From contig NZ_JAWWAP010000004.1 of the NCBI RefSeq assembly GCF_033721375.1, positions 240,662-304,661 of the forward strand: a stretch of 64,000 bases of DNA, read 5' to 3'. Shown here one piece after another: positions 46,312 to 58,325 of the stretch (position 1 is the first letter of the stretch; the number at the start of each line of letters is the position of its first letter). The notes under the pieces were generated by a model. The model made no database searches. It saw nothing but the letters and a program-made list of their open reading frames with translations, and was not told where the DNA came from. The stretch is from Arsukibacterium sp. Its GTDB lineage: Bacteria > Pseudomonadota > Gammaproteobacteria > Enterobacterales > Alteromonadaceae. The translations under genes were made by a program, and so were the position numbers.

Positions 46312-47250
46312 TTATTGGCCCTGCTTCATTTCGCTGATCGGCAGCGTTTGCGTTAAAATGCTCAGTACCAACTCGCTGAAACTTAAGCCGGCTGCTTTGG
46401 CGGCCATTGGCACCAGCGACTTTTCCGTCATGCCCGGCACGGTATTCACTTCCAGTAAAAAGTGTTCGCCCTGTTCGTTCAGCATTAAATCAACCCGACC
46501 CCAGCCCGAGGCGCCGACTGCTTTAAATGCGGCCAGCGCATCACGCTGCATAGCTGTCGTTTGCTCCGCCGTTAACGGCGCCGGACACAGATATTCGGTG
46601 CTGTTGGCCTGATATTTGGCTTCGTAATCATAAAAGGCCCTTGGGGTGCGCATTTCAACAACCGGCAGCACCGTATCGCCCAGAATGGCAATGGTAAATT
46701 CACGGCCACTGATCCAGCGCTCGACCAGAATTTCACTGTCGTATTTAAGCGCGGCGGCGATGGCCTGCTCCAGCTCTGCTGCCGTGCTGGCGGCACTCAT
46801 ACCAATACTGGAGCCTTCATTGGCCGGTTTAACCATTACCTTGCCACCCAGCTCTTGCAGCAACCCTGCATAATCTATGGTATCGCTATGCACTACCGCA
46901 AAAGGCGCTGTCGGTAGCTGCTGAGCGATAAACAAACGCTTACAGCGAATTTTATCCATCGCCAGTGCCGAGCCGAGTACACCGCTGCCGGTGTATGGCA
47001 GCCCCAGTAACTGCAGTGCGCCCTGCATAGTGCCGTCTTCGCCGCCGCGGCCATGTAATACAATAAATACCCGGTCCGCTTTTACGTCGCTTAGCAGTGC
47101 CGGCAGCGCCTGTTCGGCCGGATCAAAGGCTACCGCATCAATGCCGGCTTGCTGTAACGCACTCAGTACCGCTTTGCCCGAGCGCAGCGACACGTCGCGC
47201 TCAGCAGAATGACCACCCAACATCACTGCCACTTTGCCAAAGTTACTCAT
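46312..47250 (-). CDS. ddl: D-alanine--D-alanine ligase
   Basis: [31 protein letters not shown], and EVNTVPGMT at the C-terminus. Confidence 0.95.
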   Translation of the reverse strand: MSNFGKVAVMLGGHSAERDVSLRSGKAVLSALQQAGIDAVAFDPAEQALPALLSDVKADRVFIVLHGRGGEDGTMQGALQLLGLPYTGSGVLGSALAMDKIRCKRLFIAQQLPTAPFAVVHSDTIDYAGLLQELGGKVMVKPANEGSSIGMSAASTAAELEQAIAAALKYDSEILVERWISGREFTIAILGDTVLPVVEMRTPRAFYDYEAKYQANSTEYLCPAPLTAEQTTAMQRDALAAFKAVGASGWGRVDLMLNEQGEHFLLEVNTVPGMTEKSLVPMAAKAAGLSFSELVLSILTQTLPISEMKQGQ

Positions 47251-48701
47251 GCTGCACTCTCCGACAATTGCTTTAACCGGCTGATATCCAACCCGGTTGC
47301 GGCCAGCTCTTTCACCAGAGTGCCAATATTGCCGGCGCCCTGGGTTAGCACGATATCACCGTCTGCCAGCACTTCAGCCAGCGCACCGGCCAGCGCTTTG
47401 GGTTCGGCAACATATACCGGCTCTATCTGGCCCCGGGCGCGGATTGACCGGCACAGGTTGCGGCTGTCAGCGCCGGCAATCGGGGCTTCACCGGCAGCGT
47501 AAACTTCCAGCAACAATAATTTGTCGACGCTGGAAAGCACCTGGGTGAAATCTTCATATAAATCGCGGGTACGGCTGAACCGGTGCGGCTGATAAGCCAT
47601 CACCAGCCGACGCTCTGGCCAGGCACTGCGCACCGCCGCTATCGTCGCGGCCACTTCCGTCGGGTGATGACCGTAATCGTCAATTAACAATACCTTGCCG
47701 CGGCCAGTGTCAAACTCGCCATATTGCTGAAAACGCCGGCCTATGCCTTCAAATTTCCCCAGCGCTGCCAGAATGGCCTGCTCGCTGATCCCTTCATCTG
47801 CCGCCAGGGCAAAGGCCGCAGTGGCATTTAACGCATTATGTTTACCCGGTAAATTAAGCTGCACTTCACGCTGGTTACCGGCAGGATCGGTGATCAGGAA
47901 AAAGCTGCGGGTACCCTGCTGCGTAAAGTCAGAAATCTGGTAATCGGCATCGTCACTAAAGCCATAAGTCAGCACGGTGCGGCCAATGGCCGGGATCAGC
48001 CCGCGCAGCACTTTGTCATCGATACACACCACCGCCATGCCATAAAACGGCAGGTTATGACAAAACTCCAGATAGGTGTCTTTCAGCTTTTCAAAATCAC
48101 CTTCGTAAGTGTCCATATGATCGGCTTCGATATTGGTAATTACCGTCGCCATCGGTTGTAAATGCAGGAAAGACGCATCGCTTTCGTCCGCTTCGGCAAT
48201 CAGGTAGCGCCCCGCTCCCAGCCGGGCGTTAGAGCCGGCTGAATTCAGTAAGCCACCAATAACAAAAGTCGGGTCGGTACCGGCTTCGGCGAAAATAGAC
48301 GCCAGCAGGCTGGTGGTGGTAGTTTTACCGTGGGTACCGGCGATGGCGATACCGTGGCGAAAACGCATCAGCTCACCAAGCATTTCGGCGCGGCGCACCA
48401 CCGGGATCCGCTGAGCCAGTGCGGCAGCCACTTCGGGGTTCGCCGGCTTAATAGCACTGGATACTACGACCACACTGGCACCATCCACCTGGCTGGCATG
48501 ATGGCCAAATTTTACTTCTGCTCCCAGCGACACCAGCCGTTCCACCACGGAATTAACCGCCAGATCAGAGCCGGTTACTTTGTAGCCTTCGTTCAGCAGT
48601 ACTTCGGCAATGCCGCCCATACCGGCGCCGCCGATACCGACAAAGTGGATCCGCTCTACCCGGCGCATCGCCTGTTTTTTATGTTGCAGCGTGGTAATCA
48701 T
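47247..48701 (-). CDS. murC: UDP-N-acetylmuramate--L-alanine ligase
   Basis: [18 protein letters not shown] and [12 protein letters not shown] prefer the ATG at 48701, which forms an ATGA overlap with the murG stop. The track ORF starts 27 nt further upstream, at 48728. Confidence 0.95.
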   Translation of the reverse strand: MITTLQHKKQAMRRVERIHFVGIGGAGMGGIAEVLLNEGYKVTGSDLAVNSVVERLVSLGAEVKFGHHASQVDGASVVVVSSAIKPANPEVAAALAQRIPVVRRAEMLGELMRFRHGIAIAGTHGKTTTTSLLASIFAEAGTDPTFVIGGLLNSAGSNARLGAGRYLIAEADESDASFLHLQPMATVITNIEADHMDTYEGDFEKLKDTYLEFCHNLPFYGMAVVCIDDKVLRGLIPAIGRTVLTYGFSDDADYQISDFTQQGTRSFFLITDPAGNQREVQLNLPGKHNALNATAAFALAADEGISEQAILAALGKFEGIGRRFQQYGEFDTGRGKVLLIDDYGHHPTEVAATIAAVRSAWPERRLVMAYQPHRFSRTRDLYEDFTQVLSSVDKLLLLEVYAAGEAPIAGADSRNLCRSIRARGQIEPVYVAEPKALAGALAEVLADGDIVLTQGAGNIGTLVKELAATGLDISRLKQLSESAA

Positions 48702-49783
48702 ACTACTTGTCCTGTTACTTGCCGGCACAGCGCGGCAATATGAGCCGCCGCATCCGTTGTTGCCAGACTGCTGGCACGCTGCGCCATTTGCTGCAGCGGT
48801 GCTTTATCGGTTAACCAGGGGCGCATAACCTGCTTCACACCCTGTTGTTGTAATTGTTGCTGCGGTAATAACACGGCAGCATCCCGGTCGGCCAGCACCC
48901 GGGCATTGGCACTCTGATGATCATCAATCGCCGTTGGCAGCGGCACAAAAATGGCGGCCACCCCGACAGCGGCTACTTCGCTGACGGTCAGCGCACCAGC
49001 GCGGCAAATCAGCACATCGGCCCAGCGATACGCGCCGGCCATATCATCAATAAAGGCACTGACCTCAACCTCGCCACCGCCCGCTTTTAGCTCCTGATAC
49101 GCCTGTAGTACTTCGTCATACATGGCGGTGCCGGTTTGATGGCGTACAGCAATGCGGCCAGCTTTGGCCAGCTCAGTCAGTTGCGCCGGCAGCGCCAAAT
49201 TCAGCGCCCGGGCACCGAGGCTGCCGCCGATAATCAGAATATTCAGACTGTCGGATTGTGGCCGGTTTGCCCGGCAATGCAGCAGTTCAGCCCGGATAGG
49301 GTTGCCCACCAGTTGCCGTTTACTGTGGCCTTTAAAGGCGCTGTCAAAAGCCACCAGCACCTGGTTGGCCAGCCTGGCCAGTAATTTATTGGTGCTGCCG
49401 GCAACCGCATTCTGCTCATGAATCAGCAGCGGCGTGCCGCTAAGCCAGCTTGCCAGGCCACCGGGGCCACTGGCATAACCACCAAAACCCAGCGCTATGG
49501 TCGGTTTTAACTGCCGGCATACCCTGGCCGCCTGCCACAGTGCTTTTACCAGCATCCAGGGCGCGGTCAGTTTGCTGCCAAGCCCTTTGCCGCGCAGGCC
49601 CGCCACGCTGATACCGTAAAACGGCCAGCCAAAACCCGGCACCAGCTGTGCTTCCATCCGATCACTGCTGCCCAGCCAGGCGATATCCCAGCCTTCGGCC
49701 TGCAGCGCCTTTGCCGCCGCCTGCGCCGGGAATATATGGCCACCGGTGCCACCTGCCATAATCAGTGCCAGCGGTTTAGCCAT
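48698..49783 (-). CDS. murG: undecaprenyldiphospho-muramoylpentapeptide beta-N-acetylglucosaminyltransferase
   Basis: [19 protein letters not shown]-terminal G-loop, 361 aa, dcw position. Confidence 0.96.
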   Translation of the reverse strand: MAKPLALIMAGGTGGHIFPAQAAAKALQAEGWDIAWLGSSDRMEAQLVPGFGWPFYGISVAGLRGKGLGSKLTAPWMLVKALWQAARVCRQLKPTIALGFGGYASGPGGLASWLSGTPLLIHEQNAVAGSTNKLLARLANQVLVAFDSAFKGHSKRQLVGNPIRAELLHCRANRPQSDSLNILIIGGSLGARALNLALPAQLTELAKAGRIAVRHQTGTAMYDEVLQAYQELKAGGGEVEVSAFIDDMAGAYRWADVLICRAGALTVSEVAAVGVAAIFVPLPTAIDDHQSANARVLADRDAAVLLPQQQLQQQGVKQVMRPWLTDKAPLQQMAQRASSLATTDAAAHIAALCRQVTGQVV

Positions 49784-50999
49784 GTTTGCCTCCGCTTAGC
49801 GCCTGTTTACCTTTTAAGCGCACTTCAAAATCAATCCGTAGCAGCAGGCCGGCGGCAAGCAGCATAATGACCAGACTACTGCCGCCTGAGCTGACAAACG
49901 GCAGCGTTAAGCCTTTGGTTGGCAGGGCGCCGGTTGCCACACCGACATTCACCGCGGCCTGAAAGCCAATCCAGATAGCTAGCGCGTATGCCATAAAGCC
50001 ATGAAAACTTAATTGTTTGGCCAAGGCGCGCTGACCAATCCACAGCGCCCGGTAGACCAGGACAAACAGCAGCGTCATCAGTACTGCCACGCCGATAAAG
50101 CCGGTTTCTTCAGCAATGACCGCCAGAATAAAGTCGGTATGGGCTTCGGGCAGGTACTCCAGTTTCTGAATACTGTTACCCAGGCCCTGACCAAACCAGC
50201 CACCGCGGCCAAACGCCATTAATGACTGAGTCAGCTGGTAACCACTGCCAAAGGGATCGGCCCACGGGTCAAGAAACGCAGTAACCCGCTTCCAGCGGTA
50301 TTCGCTGTAAACAATTAACACGCCAATCGCCATCAGACCGGTGGCCATTAAACAGAGGAACTGCCAGATTTTAGCGCCGGCTAAAAACAACAGCGCAACG
50401 GCTGTGGCGAACATGACAATAACGGTGCCTAAATCCGGCTGCATCAGTAGCAGTACTGCAAACAAAAACAGCACCGCTAATGGTTTTAAAAAGCCTTTCA
50501 GGTTATCCCGCACTTCCTCATGCCGGCGCACCAGATAACTGGCCAGGTAAACAAAAAAGAATAACTTGGCCGGCTCTGCGGCCTGTAAACCAATGGGGCC
50601 CAATGATAACCAGCGGGTACTGCCATTAACATTGCGACCAAACAGCAACACTGCCACCAGCAACAGAATACCCAGCAGCAGTAGCCACATATTGCCACGA
50701 TGCCACCAGCTTACCGGGACCCGTAATACCAGCACAGCCAGCGTCAGGCCAATACCCAGATACACCATATGGCGGATAGTAAAATGCAGCGGATTATTAA
50801 ATAACCGCTCGGCCACCGGCATCGAAGCACTGGTTACCATGACCACGCCGATAGCCAAAATCAGCATCAGCAGGGTTAAAAACAGTTTGTCGTAGGCCGC
50901 GTTGTCATCGCGCTGCCAGGCGGCACTGATACTCTGCCACGGATTCTGCCAGACGCTTTGCCATGCACTTTGCCAGACAGTTAAGTTAAGCTGCTTCAT
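49776..50999 (-). CDS. ftsW: peptidoglycan glycosyltransferase FtsW (SEDS family)
   Basis: Aligns with E. coli FtsW (DPFGSGYQLTQSLMAFGRGGWFGQGLGNSIQKLEYLPEAHTDFI). ATGA overlap with the murD stop. The N-terminus carries a WQ-repeat extension. Confidence 0.95.
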   Translation of the reverse strand: MKQLNLTVWQSAWQSVWQNPWQSISAAWQRDDNAAYDKLFLTLLMLILAIGVVMVTSASMPVAERLFNNPLHFTIRHMVYLGIGLTLAVLVLRVPVSWWHRGNMWLLLLGILLLVAVLLFGRNVNGSTRWLSLGPIGLQAAEPAKLFFFVYLASYLVRRHEEVRDNLKGFLKPLAVLFLFAVLLLMQPDLGTVIVMFATAVALLFLAGAKIWQFLCLMATGLMAIGVLIVYSEYRWKRVTAFLDPWADPFGSGYQLTQSLMAFGRGGWFGQGLGNSIQKLEYLPEAHTDFILAVIAEETGFIGVAVLMTLLFVLVYRALWIGQRALAKQLSFHGFMAYALAIWIGFQAAVNVGVATGALPTKGLTLPFVSSGGSSLVIMLLAAGLLLRIDFEVRLKGKQALSGGKHG

Positions 51000-52330
51000 A
51001 GCTTCAGCTCCTTAACCGCTTTGGCAAACAATTCGCCGCGCTGGGCATAACTTTTAAACATATCCAGGCTGGCACAGGCCGGTGATAACAACACCATATC
51101 GCCACTCTGAGCCAGTTTGGCGGCCTGCTGAACTGCCGCAGTTAAATCTTTTACCTGAATAGCGTGCGGGTGCAATGAGGCAATGGCCGGGCCATCCTGC
51201 CCCAGGGTGATGACATGGCTGACATCACGCTGCAACACCGGTTGTAGTTCAGTAAGATCAGCCCCTTTGCCATCGCCACCGGCAATCAGGATTAGCTTGC
51301 CACTGATCTCAGGCCGCAGGCCGGCAATTGCCGCCAGCGTTGCGCCAATATTGGTGGCCTTAGAATCATTGATCCAGCGAACCCCTTTGTCTGAGCGAAC
51401 CAGCTGGCAGCGATGAGCCAGGCCACCGAACTGCTGCAAGGTGCGGACAATGGCCTTTCTGTTTGCGCCTGCGCTAAGCGCTAATGCCGCAGCCGCCAGC
51501 GCATTAAACTGGTTATGGCTACCGGTAATAGCCAGCTGACTGACCGGCAATAAAGGTTCACCGGCAACGTTAAGCCATGGCTCACCTTTTACCGTTGTAA
51601 TGCCGTAGTCAGCGTCTTGCAGGCTAATCGCCAGCCGCTCAGCCTCACCTGCTGCAGCACCCGGATAGGTTAACGGGTCCGCCTGGTTATAAACGGTCAG
51701 CTCGCTATGCTGATAAACCCGCTGTTTTGACGCCGTATAGGCGGCCATATCAACATAACGGTCCAGGTGGTCGGCACTGACGTTCAGCAAACAGCTGGCC
51801 CGGCTTTGCAGGCTGATTGTGGTATCTAACTGAAAACTGGATAGTTCCAGCACAAATACGGCTGCATCCTGCTGGCGGATGGCATCCAGTACCGGTAAAC
51901 CAATATTGCCGGCGGCGACAGCGTTAATACCGCTTTGCTGCAGCATTTCCGCCACCAGCGTGGTGACAGTCGACTTGCCATTAGAGCCGGTGATAGCAAT
52001 AACCGGTTTTTGATTAAAACGACCAAACAGTTCAACATCGCCCAGCACTTCCACGCCCTGCGCTTTGGCAAAGCGAATGGCCGGGTGGCTGAGAGCCAGC
52101 CCGGGGCTGACAATAATCATGTCCATTTGTGCCAGCCGGTTGGCGTCAAACTCGCCCAGGTAAATCCCGTCTACCTTGTCGGCCGCAATTTGCTCCAGCC
52201 CGGCAGGTTTGCTGCGGCTGTCCATCAGTACCGGTTTTACCCCATGCGCCAGCAAAAAGCGTACTGTGGCCAGACCCGACAGGCCCAGCCCCACTACCGC
52301 TATGCGTTTGGCGTTAAGGTTCGTTTGCAT
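50996..52330 (-). CDS. murD: UDP-N-acetylmuramoylalanine--D-glutamate ligase
   Basis: IAVVGLGLSGLATVRFL and ITGSNGKSTVTTL. 444 aa. Confidence 0.96.
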   Translation of the reverse strand: MQTNLNAKRIAVVGLGLSGLATVRFLLAHGVKPVLMDSRSKPAGLEQIAADKVDGIYLGEFDANRLAQMDMIIVSPGLALSHPAIRFAKAQGVEVLGDVELFGRFNQKPVIAITGSNGKSTVTTLVAEMLQQSGINAVAAGNIGLPVLDAIRQQDAAVFVLELSSFQLDTTISLQSRASCLLNVSADHLDRYVDMAAYTASKQRVYQHSELTVYNQADPLTYPGAAAGEAERLAISLQDADYGITTVKGEPWLNVAGEPLLPVSQLAITGSHNQFNALAAAALALSAGANRKAIVRTLQQFGGLAHRCQLVRSDKGVRWINDSKATNIGATLAAIAGLRPEISGKLILIAGGDGKGADLTELQPVLQRDVSHVITLGQDGPAIASLHPHAIQVKDLTAAVQQAAKLAQSGDMVLLSPACASLDMFKSYAQRGELFAKAVKELKL

Positions 52331-52333
52331 CAG

Positions 52334-53416
52334 TTATCTCAGTTTCAGGGTCGCCAGACCCACCAGCACAAAAATGATCGATAATATCCAGAAGCGGACA
52401 ATAACCCGCGGCTCCGGCCAGCCTTTTAATTCGTAGTGATGATGAATGGGTGCCATCCGGAAAATCCGCTGGCCCCGTAATTTGTATGATCCCACCTGCA
52501 GAATGACTGACACCGTTTCAATGACAAAAATGCCGCCCATAATAAACAGCACAATTTCCTGGCGGACTAAAATAGCAATCACGCCCAGCACAGCACCCAG
52601 TGCCAGGGATCCGACATCGCCCATAAAAACCTGGGCCGGATAGGTGTTAAACCACAGAAAGCCCAGACCGGCGCCGATCATCGCTGCGCACAGCACCACC
52701 AGCTCACTGGCATAGGGCAGATAAGGGATATTCAGATAACCGGCAAAATTCACGTTACCACTGGCATAAGCAATAATGGCAAAAGCGCCGGCGACCATAA
52801 TGGTGGGTACTATCGCCAGGCCGTCCAGGCCATCGGTCAGGTTAACGGCATTGCTGGTACCGACGATAACAAAGTAACTTAACGCCAGAAATAGCAGCCC
52901 CAGCTGTGGCATCACATCTTTTAAAAACGGCACCAGCAGCGCGGTTTCAGCCGGCCGCTCTGCGGTCATATATAAAAATAAAGCAGTGATAATGGCGAAT
53001 ACCGACTGCCAGAAATATTTCCAGCGTGCGATCAGGCCTTTCGGGTCTTTGCGGATCACCTTGCGGTAGTCATCGATAAAGCCGATGGTGCCAAAACTGA
53101 CCAGCACAAACAGCACCACCCAGACATATTTGTTAGTTAAATTCGCCCATAACAGGGTACTGACCAGAATAGAGCCTAAAATCAGTAAGCCCCCCATGGT
53201 AGGGGTGCCTTTTTTCGAAAAATGGCTTTCCGGGCCATCGCCCCGCACTACCTGGCCAATCTGCATTTTCTGCAGCCGGGCAATCAGGATCGGCCCGAAA
53301 TATAAGCTTAAAAATAATGACGTTAACACGCCCAGAATTGACCGGAAGGTCAGATAGCTGAACACATTAAAAAAGCTAATGTACTGGGTTAAATATTCGG
53401 CTAACCACACTAGCAT
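52334..53416 (-). CDS. mraY: phospho-N-acetylmuramoyl-pentapeptide transferase
   Basis: MLVWLAEYL..., [22 protein letters not shown] and [11 protein letters not shown]. 360 aa, polytopic. Confidence 0.97.
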   Translation of the reverse strand: MLVWLAEYLTQYISFFNVFSYLTFRSILGVLTSLFLSLYFGPILIARLQKMQIGQVVRGDGPESHFSKKGTPTMGGLLILGSILVSTLLWANLTNKYVWVVLFVLVSFGTIGFIDDYRKVIRKDPKGLIARWKYFWQSVFAIITALFLYMTAERPAETALLVPFLKDVMPQLGLLFLALSYFVIVGTSNAVNLTDGLDGLAIVPTIMVAGAFAIIAYASGNVNFAGYLNIPYLPYASELVVLCAAMIGAGLGFLWFNTYPAQVFMGDVGSLALGAVLGVIAILVRQEIVLFIMGGIFVIETVSVILQVGSYKLRGQRIFRMAPIHHHYELKGWPEPRVIVRFWILSIIFVLVGLATLKLR

Positions 53417-54813
53417 GGGCTACGCTCCTGCTGACATCGTTCTAGCAAGTCCTGCACTACTAACTCCATTTTCGCACTACGAGAGCCCTTAACGAGTATC
53501 GTGACATTCTGCTGGGTTGTAATAAGCGGTATCAGCCGGTCTAACATCGACTGCCGCGAGCTGAAATGTGAGCCTTGTCCGTTGAACAGGTCACTGGCGC
53601 TCTGTGATAACACACCCAGGGTGAATAACAGATTAATACCGGCATCTTTGGCATATAAGCCGATTTCTTCGTGGTATAAACGGGCATTTGCGCCCAGCTC
53701 TGCCATGTCACCTAACAGCAATACCCGGTAGCCCTGATAACTGGCCAGCAAATCAATTGCGGCTTTTACCGATTCAACATTGGCATTGTAACTGTCGTCT
53801 ATCAGCTTAATGCTTTTGCTAAGTTCAATAATATTGGTCCGGCCTTTTACCCCGGCCATCTGCGCCAGCCCCAGCTGGACATCGCTAAGCTTAGCGCCAA
53901 CCGCCATTGCTGCAGCCGCAGCCGCCAGCGCATTAGCAACGTTGTGCTTGCCCGGCAGGCTAAGCTGCACCAGCACCTGCTCGTTACGGTACACCAGGTT
54001 AAACTGGGCACAGCCCTGACTGTTCAGGCTGATTTGCTCTGCCCTGATATCAGCAGTGCTGTTATCAGCATTACTGTCAGTTTTATAATCACTGGCGAAG
54101 CTGATAATGTTTAAATGCTTACAACGGTTACGCCAGTATTCGGTAAACTCACTGTCGTGTTGCATGATGGCAATACCACCATCGGCTACGCCGGAGAAAA
54201 TCTCGCCTTTTGCTCTGGCCACGCCGTAAGTATCGCCAAAGCCTTCCAGATGTGACGCTGCAGCGTTAGTAATAATGGCGACATCCGGCTTTACCAGGGA
54301 GGTGGTATAGGCAATTTCACCGGCATGATTGGCGCCCAGCTCCATCACGGCAAATTGATCCTGCGCCGTTAAGCGCAGCAGGGTTAAAGGCACCCCAATA
54401 TCGTTGTTAAAATTGCCCTGGGTCGCCAGCACCTGGCCACAGCGGCTTAAAATAGCAGCCAGCATTTCTTTGACTGTGGTTTTACCGGCACTGCCGGTAA
54501 CCGCGATAGTTTTTGGCTGAACCCGGGCTTTAACCGCTGCCCCCAACTGGCCCAGTGCCAACCGCGTATCAGAGACCACTATCTGGCTGATATCCGCATC
54601 CAGTGGCCGCTCGGCGACAATAGCAGCTGCGCCTTTGGCAATGACATCGGCAACAAAGCGACTGCCATCAAAGTTAGGGCCTTTTAAGGCAATAAACAGC
54701 GCGCCGGCGCTTATCGTTCGGCTATCTGTGCTGACCTCGCTGATTGGCTGGTTGGCGCCTATTAACTGCCCCTGTAATAAGGTAGCTATTTCTGCACAGC
54801 TTAGCGTTATCAT
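53410..54813 (-). CDS. murF: UDP-N-acetylmuramoyl-tripeptide--D-alanyl-D-alanine ligase
   Basis: [13 protein letters not shown] and [11 protein letters not shown]. 467 aa. Overlaps mraY and murE, as is typical. Confidence 0.95.
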   Translation of the reverse strand: MITLSCAEIATLLQGQLIGANQPISEVSTDSRTISAGALFIALKGPNFDGSRFVADVIAKGAAAIVAERPLDADISQIVVSDTRLALGQLGAAVKARVQPKTIAVTGSAGKTTVKEMLAAILSRCGQVLATQGNFNNDIGVPLTLLRLTAQDQFAVMELGANHAGEIAYTTSLVKPDVAIITNAAASHLEGFGDTYGVARAKGEIFSGVADGGIAIMQHDSEFTEYWRNRCKHLNIISFASDYKTDSNADNSTADIRAEQISLNSQGCAQFNLVYRNEQVLVQLSLPGKHNVANALAAAAAAMAVGAKLSDVQLGLAQMAGVKGRTNIIELSKSIKLIDDSYNANVESVKAAIDLLASYQGYRVLLLGDMAELGANARLYHEEIGLYAKDAGINLLFTLGVLSQSASDLFNGQGSHFSSRQSMLDRLIPLITTQQNVTILVKGSRSAKMELVVQDLLERCQQERSPC

Positions 54814-56279
54814 AATGCCATCTCCGACATAAGTTGCCGCACGTAAGCACGTTCATCATAGTGTTGCTGTTCGTGCCCGATAATCTGGGTGGTTTCATGG
54901 CCTTTGCCGGCCAGCAAAATGACATCGCCGGGCTGGGCACTGGCCAGCGCCAGCTTAATTGCCAGCTGGCGGTTTTCCTCGATCCGGTAATTGTCGGCAT
55001 CCTGCATACCGGCCGCAATATCCTGACAAATCTGTAGTGGCGCTTCGCTGCGCGGGTTATCTGAGGTAACTATGCAGTGATCAGCGTATTGCTGCGCCAG
55101 CTGGCCCATTAGTGGCCGCTTGCCTTTATCGCGATCGCCACCACAACCAAATACACACCATAGCCGGCCTTTACAATGCTGACGTAGTGCCTGCAGCGCC
55201 TGTTGTAAGGCATCCGGGGTATGAGCGTAGTCAACCACCACAGTGACACCATGGCTGAAAGGAAATTGTTCCATCCGCCCGGCCAGCGGTTGCAGGCTGC
55301 TGGCAGCATGCAGTAATTCAGTTAAGTCGTAGCCCAGCGCCAGCAAGCTGCTGATGGCCGCCAAGGCGTTCTGTATATTAAATTCGCCCAGCAGTGGTAA
55401 CTGCAGTTTATGCTCGCCGGCCTGGCTGGTTAGTAAGCACTGAAAACCCCGGGCAGTAGCGGTTAGCTGGTGATAGCCCAGAAAGCGGCTATGTCCCTGA
55501 CAATCTTCTGCTTTGCCATAGGCCCATACCGGAATATCGTTGCGACTGGCTAGCGCCTTACCCAGCGCATCAGACACATTCAGTACCGCACAACGACTCG
55601 TTTCAGGTTGAAACAGCAGACTTTTCGCCTGGCCATACTCGGCCATGCTGCCATGATAATCGAGGTGATCCCGGCTTAAATTGGTAAATACCGCCACCTG
55701 AAACTGGATACCGGCGACCCGCTGCTGCGCCAGCGCATGCGACGACACTTCCATTGCTACCAGCTGACGCTTATTGGCAGCGAATTCTGCCAGAATGCGT
55801 TGTATTTCAATGTAATGAGGCGTGGTATTCAGCAACGGTGTCAGCTGCTGCCAGTGGCCGTAGCCCAGGGTACCAATAACCGCTGAGCGCGTATCACAAT
55901 GCTCTGCCAGCTGGTTGACAAAACAACTGGTACTGGATTTACCATTAGTGCCGGTAATGCCTATCAGCTGCAGATGCTGTTGTGGCTGCTGATAAAACCG
56001 GGCCGCCAGTAGCGGCATTTGCGCCGGCAAATCGTCCAGCACCACTATCCGATCGTCCTGACCGCTTAGCTTTGCAGTGCTATTGGTCAGCACCAGCGCC
56101 GCTCCCTGGGCCAGCGCCTGCTCAATGTAGTTGTTACCATGCTCGCGGGTGCCCGGCAGGGCGACAAACACATCACCCTCGGTAACCCGGCGACTGTCCA
56201 GTTGCAAATGGCGCAGTGGCCGGTCAGCTAGCCGTTTTGCTAGTTCAGGCAACCATAAATGGAGCTGGTTAGTTGCCAT
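54810..56279 (-). CDS. murE: UDP-N-acetylmuramoyl-L-alanyl-D-glutamate--2,6-diaminopimelate ligase
   Basis: ITGTNGKSST, VDYAHTPDAL, and a DNPR motif (TSDNPRSE) indicating meso-DAP specificity. Confidence 0.95.
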   Translation of the reverse strand: MATNQLHLWLPELAKRLADRPLRHLQLDSRRVTEGDVFVALPGTREHGNNYIEQALAQGAALVLTNSTAKLSGQDDRIVVLDDLPAQMPLLAARFYQQPQQHLQLIGITGTNGKSSTSCFVNQLAEHCDTRSAVIGTLGYGHWQQLTPLLNTTPHYIEIQRILAEFAANKRQLVAMEVSSHALAQQRVAGIQFQVAVFTNLSRDHLDYHGSMAEYGQAKSLLFQPETSRCAVLNVSDALGKALASRNDIPVWAYGKAEDCQGHSRFLGYHQLTATARGFQCLLTSQAGEHKLQLPLLGEFNIQNALAAISSLLALGYDLTELLHAASSLQPLAGRMEQFPFSHGVTVVVDYAHTPDALQQALQALRQHCKGRLWCVFGCGGDRDKGKRPLMGQLAQQYADHCIVTSDNPRSEAPLQICQDIAAGMQDADNYRIEENRQLAIKLALASAQPGDVILLAGKGHETTQIIGHEQQHYDERAYVRQLMSEMAL

Positions 56280-58020
56280 TATTACCTCCCGCCCGGCTGA
56301 TCAGCGCCGGACCGGTATCGGCATCAGGCGTCACATTTAATAGTTGCAGGCTGGCACCCATAATGCTGGCAAAAACCGGCGCGGCAATTTCGCCACCATG
56401 ATAAAAATCACCAGCGGGTTCATTGATAACCACCACCGTGACAATCCGCGGATTAGACACTGGCCCTACACCGGCAAAAGAAGCAATATAATCATCACCA
56501 TAGCCGCCAGCGACGGCTTTACGTGCCGTACCTGTTTTACCGCCAACCCGGTAGCCGTGCACCTGCGCCCGGTTGGCGGTGCCACCGGGGCCAATATTGG
56601 CTTCCATCATTTCCAGCATGGCCAGCGCATGTCTCTCTGCCAGCACCCGTTGTCCCGGATCCGGTTCATTATTCTTCAGAATGCTCAGCGGCCGGTTGAT
56701 ACCGCCATTTGCCATAGTGGCGTAAGCCCGGGCTAACTGCACGGCAGTAACAGATAAGCCATAGCCATAAGAGAAAGTTGCGCGCTCAAAATCAGACCAA
56801 CGCTGGCGGTAACTGAAAAGACCGCTGCTTTCACCATTTAAACCCAGACCGGTATCTTCACCCAGGCCCATATTGTTATATAACGCGACCACATGCTGAT
56901 GCGGCATATCCAGCACCAGCTTTGCCACGCCCATGTTGCTGGATTTCTGAATAATGCCGGTTAAATCCAGCTCTTTATAATTTCTCGGGTCGCGCACCCA
57001 GCTGCCGCCAATTCGCATCGTGCCCGGATGGGTGTCAACCACGGTATCCAGGGTGGCGCTGCCAAACTCCAGCGCGCTTAGCACGGCCAGTGGTTTCATC
57101 GTCGAACCCGGTTCAAAGGTGTCGGTAATGGCCCGGTTACGAAAGCGGTGAACCGGCGTATTGCGCCGGTTATTCGGGTTGAAGGACGGACTGTTAACCA
57201 TGGCCAGAACTTCGCCGCTGGCCACATCGACCACCACCGCTGAACCGGAGGTAGCACCATGCGACAATACTGCTTTTTTCAGTTCACGATAGGCTACTGT
57301 CTGAATACGCTGGTCAATGCTCAGCTGTAAATTTGCCGGCGCTGTGGCGTCCTGTCGTTCCAGTACTTCAATTTCCCGGCCTTTGGCATCTTTGCGAAAT
57401 ACTTTGCGACCCGCCGTGCCGGTCAGTAAGTCGTTAAAACGCTTTTCAATGCCTTCCACCCCAACATCATCGACATTGGTAAAGCCGATTAACTGCGCAG
57501 TCACTTCGCCGGCCGGGTAATAGCGTTTTGATTCCTGACGGAAGTAAATACCCGGCACTTTCAGTTTTTTTACATAGTCGACCACTGCCGGATTGACCTG
57601 ACGCTGCAGGTAGACAAAGCGTCGTTTCGGGTCATCGCCTATCCGGCTCAGCAGTTGCTGTGGGCTCATTTGCATAATGTCAGCCAGCGCGTGCCAGCGC
57701 CGCTCGTCAGCAGGGGCGTTGCGTTCGATAACAATTTTAGGGTCAGCCCAGATGGCTTCTACCGGCACACTGACTGCCAGCGCTTCACCGTGGCGGTCAA
57801 ATACCATGCCGCGCATTACCGTATCAGCCTCAACCCGCAAGCTGCGGCGATCACCCTGGGTCACCAGCATTTCCGGCTCGACTACCTGCAACCAGGCAGC
57901 CCGGGCCAGCAATGCCACAAATACTGAGGTCAGCATTACCATTACAAACGCAAAACGCCAGCTGATAACTGACGGATACTGACGGGCTTTTGCCTGGCTT
58001 TTTGCTGGTTTAGCTGTCAT
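56269..58020 (-). CDS. ftsI: peptidoglycan D,D-transpeptidase FtsI (PBP3)
   Basis: N-terminal TM, PBP dimerisation domain, and the transpeptidase motifs STMK (EPGSTMKP), SSN (KSSNMG) and KTGT. Confidence 0.96.
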   Translation of the reverse strand: MTAKPAKSQAKARQYPSVISWRFAFVMVMLTSVFVALLARAAWLQVVEPEMLVTQGDRRSLRVEADTVMRGMVFDRHGEALAVSVPVEAIWADPKIVIERNAPADERRWHALADIMQMSPQQLLSRIGDDPKRRFVYLQRQVNPAVVDYVKKLKVPGIYFRQESKRYYPAGEVTAQLIGFTNVDDVGVEGIEKRFNDLLTGTAGRKVFRKDAKGREIEVLERQDATAPANLQLSIDQRIQTVAYRELKKAVLSHGATSGSAVVVDVASGEVLAMVNSPSFNPNNRRNTPVHRFRNRAITDTFEPGSTMKPLAVLSALEFGSATLDTVVDTHPGTMRIGGSWVRDPRNYKELDLTGIIQKSSNMGVAKLVLDMPHQHVVALYNNMGLGEDTGLGLNGESSGLFSYRQRWSDFERATFSYGYGLSVTAVQLARAYATMANGGINRPLSILKNNEPDPGQRVLAERHALAMLEMMEANIGPGGTANRAQVHGYRVGGKTGTARKAVAGGYGDDYIASFAGVGPVSNPRIVTVVVINEPAGDFYHGGEIAAPVFASIMGASLQLLNVTPDADTGPALISRAGGNNGN

Positions 58021-58325
58021 TGCTGCCTCACCATAATGTCGCGTTCACCGCTGGGCCGCTGCATATTTAAGCGTCGCCTGGCGATATCCTCCACCCGGCT
58101 GTGCTCTGCCAGCGAACGTTGTTCAAGCAACAAATTGCGCCATTGGGTATCAAGCTGGTCCCGCTGTTGATAGTAAGTATCCTGAGCGATGGTCAGCTGG
58201 CGGTTTAAATGGGCCAGATACACCACCGCCAGCGCAGAAACGATACATGCCAGCAACAGCACACCGGCCAGCTTATGCTGACGCCAGTCCTGACTGATTA
58301 ATCGTTCCAGCTGGATCTGACTCAT
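58017..58325 (-). CDS. ftsL: cell division protein FtsL
   Basis: 102 aa with a single TM ([20 protein letters not shown]) followed by a coiled-coil or leucine-zipper-like segment. Position between rsmH and ftsI. Confidence 0.88.
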   Translation of the reverse strand: MSQIQLERLISQDWRQHKLAGVLLLACIVSALAVVYLAHLNRQLTIAQDTYYQQRDQLDTQWRNLLLEQRSLAEHSRVEDIARRRLNMQRPSGERDIMVRQQ

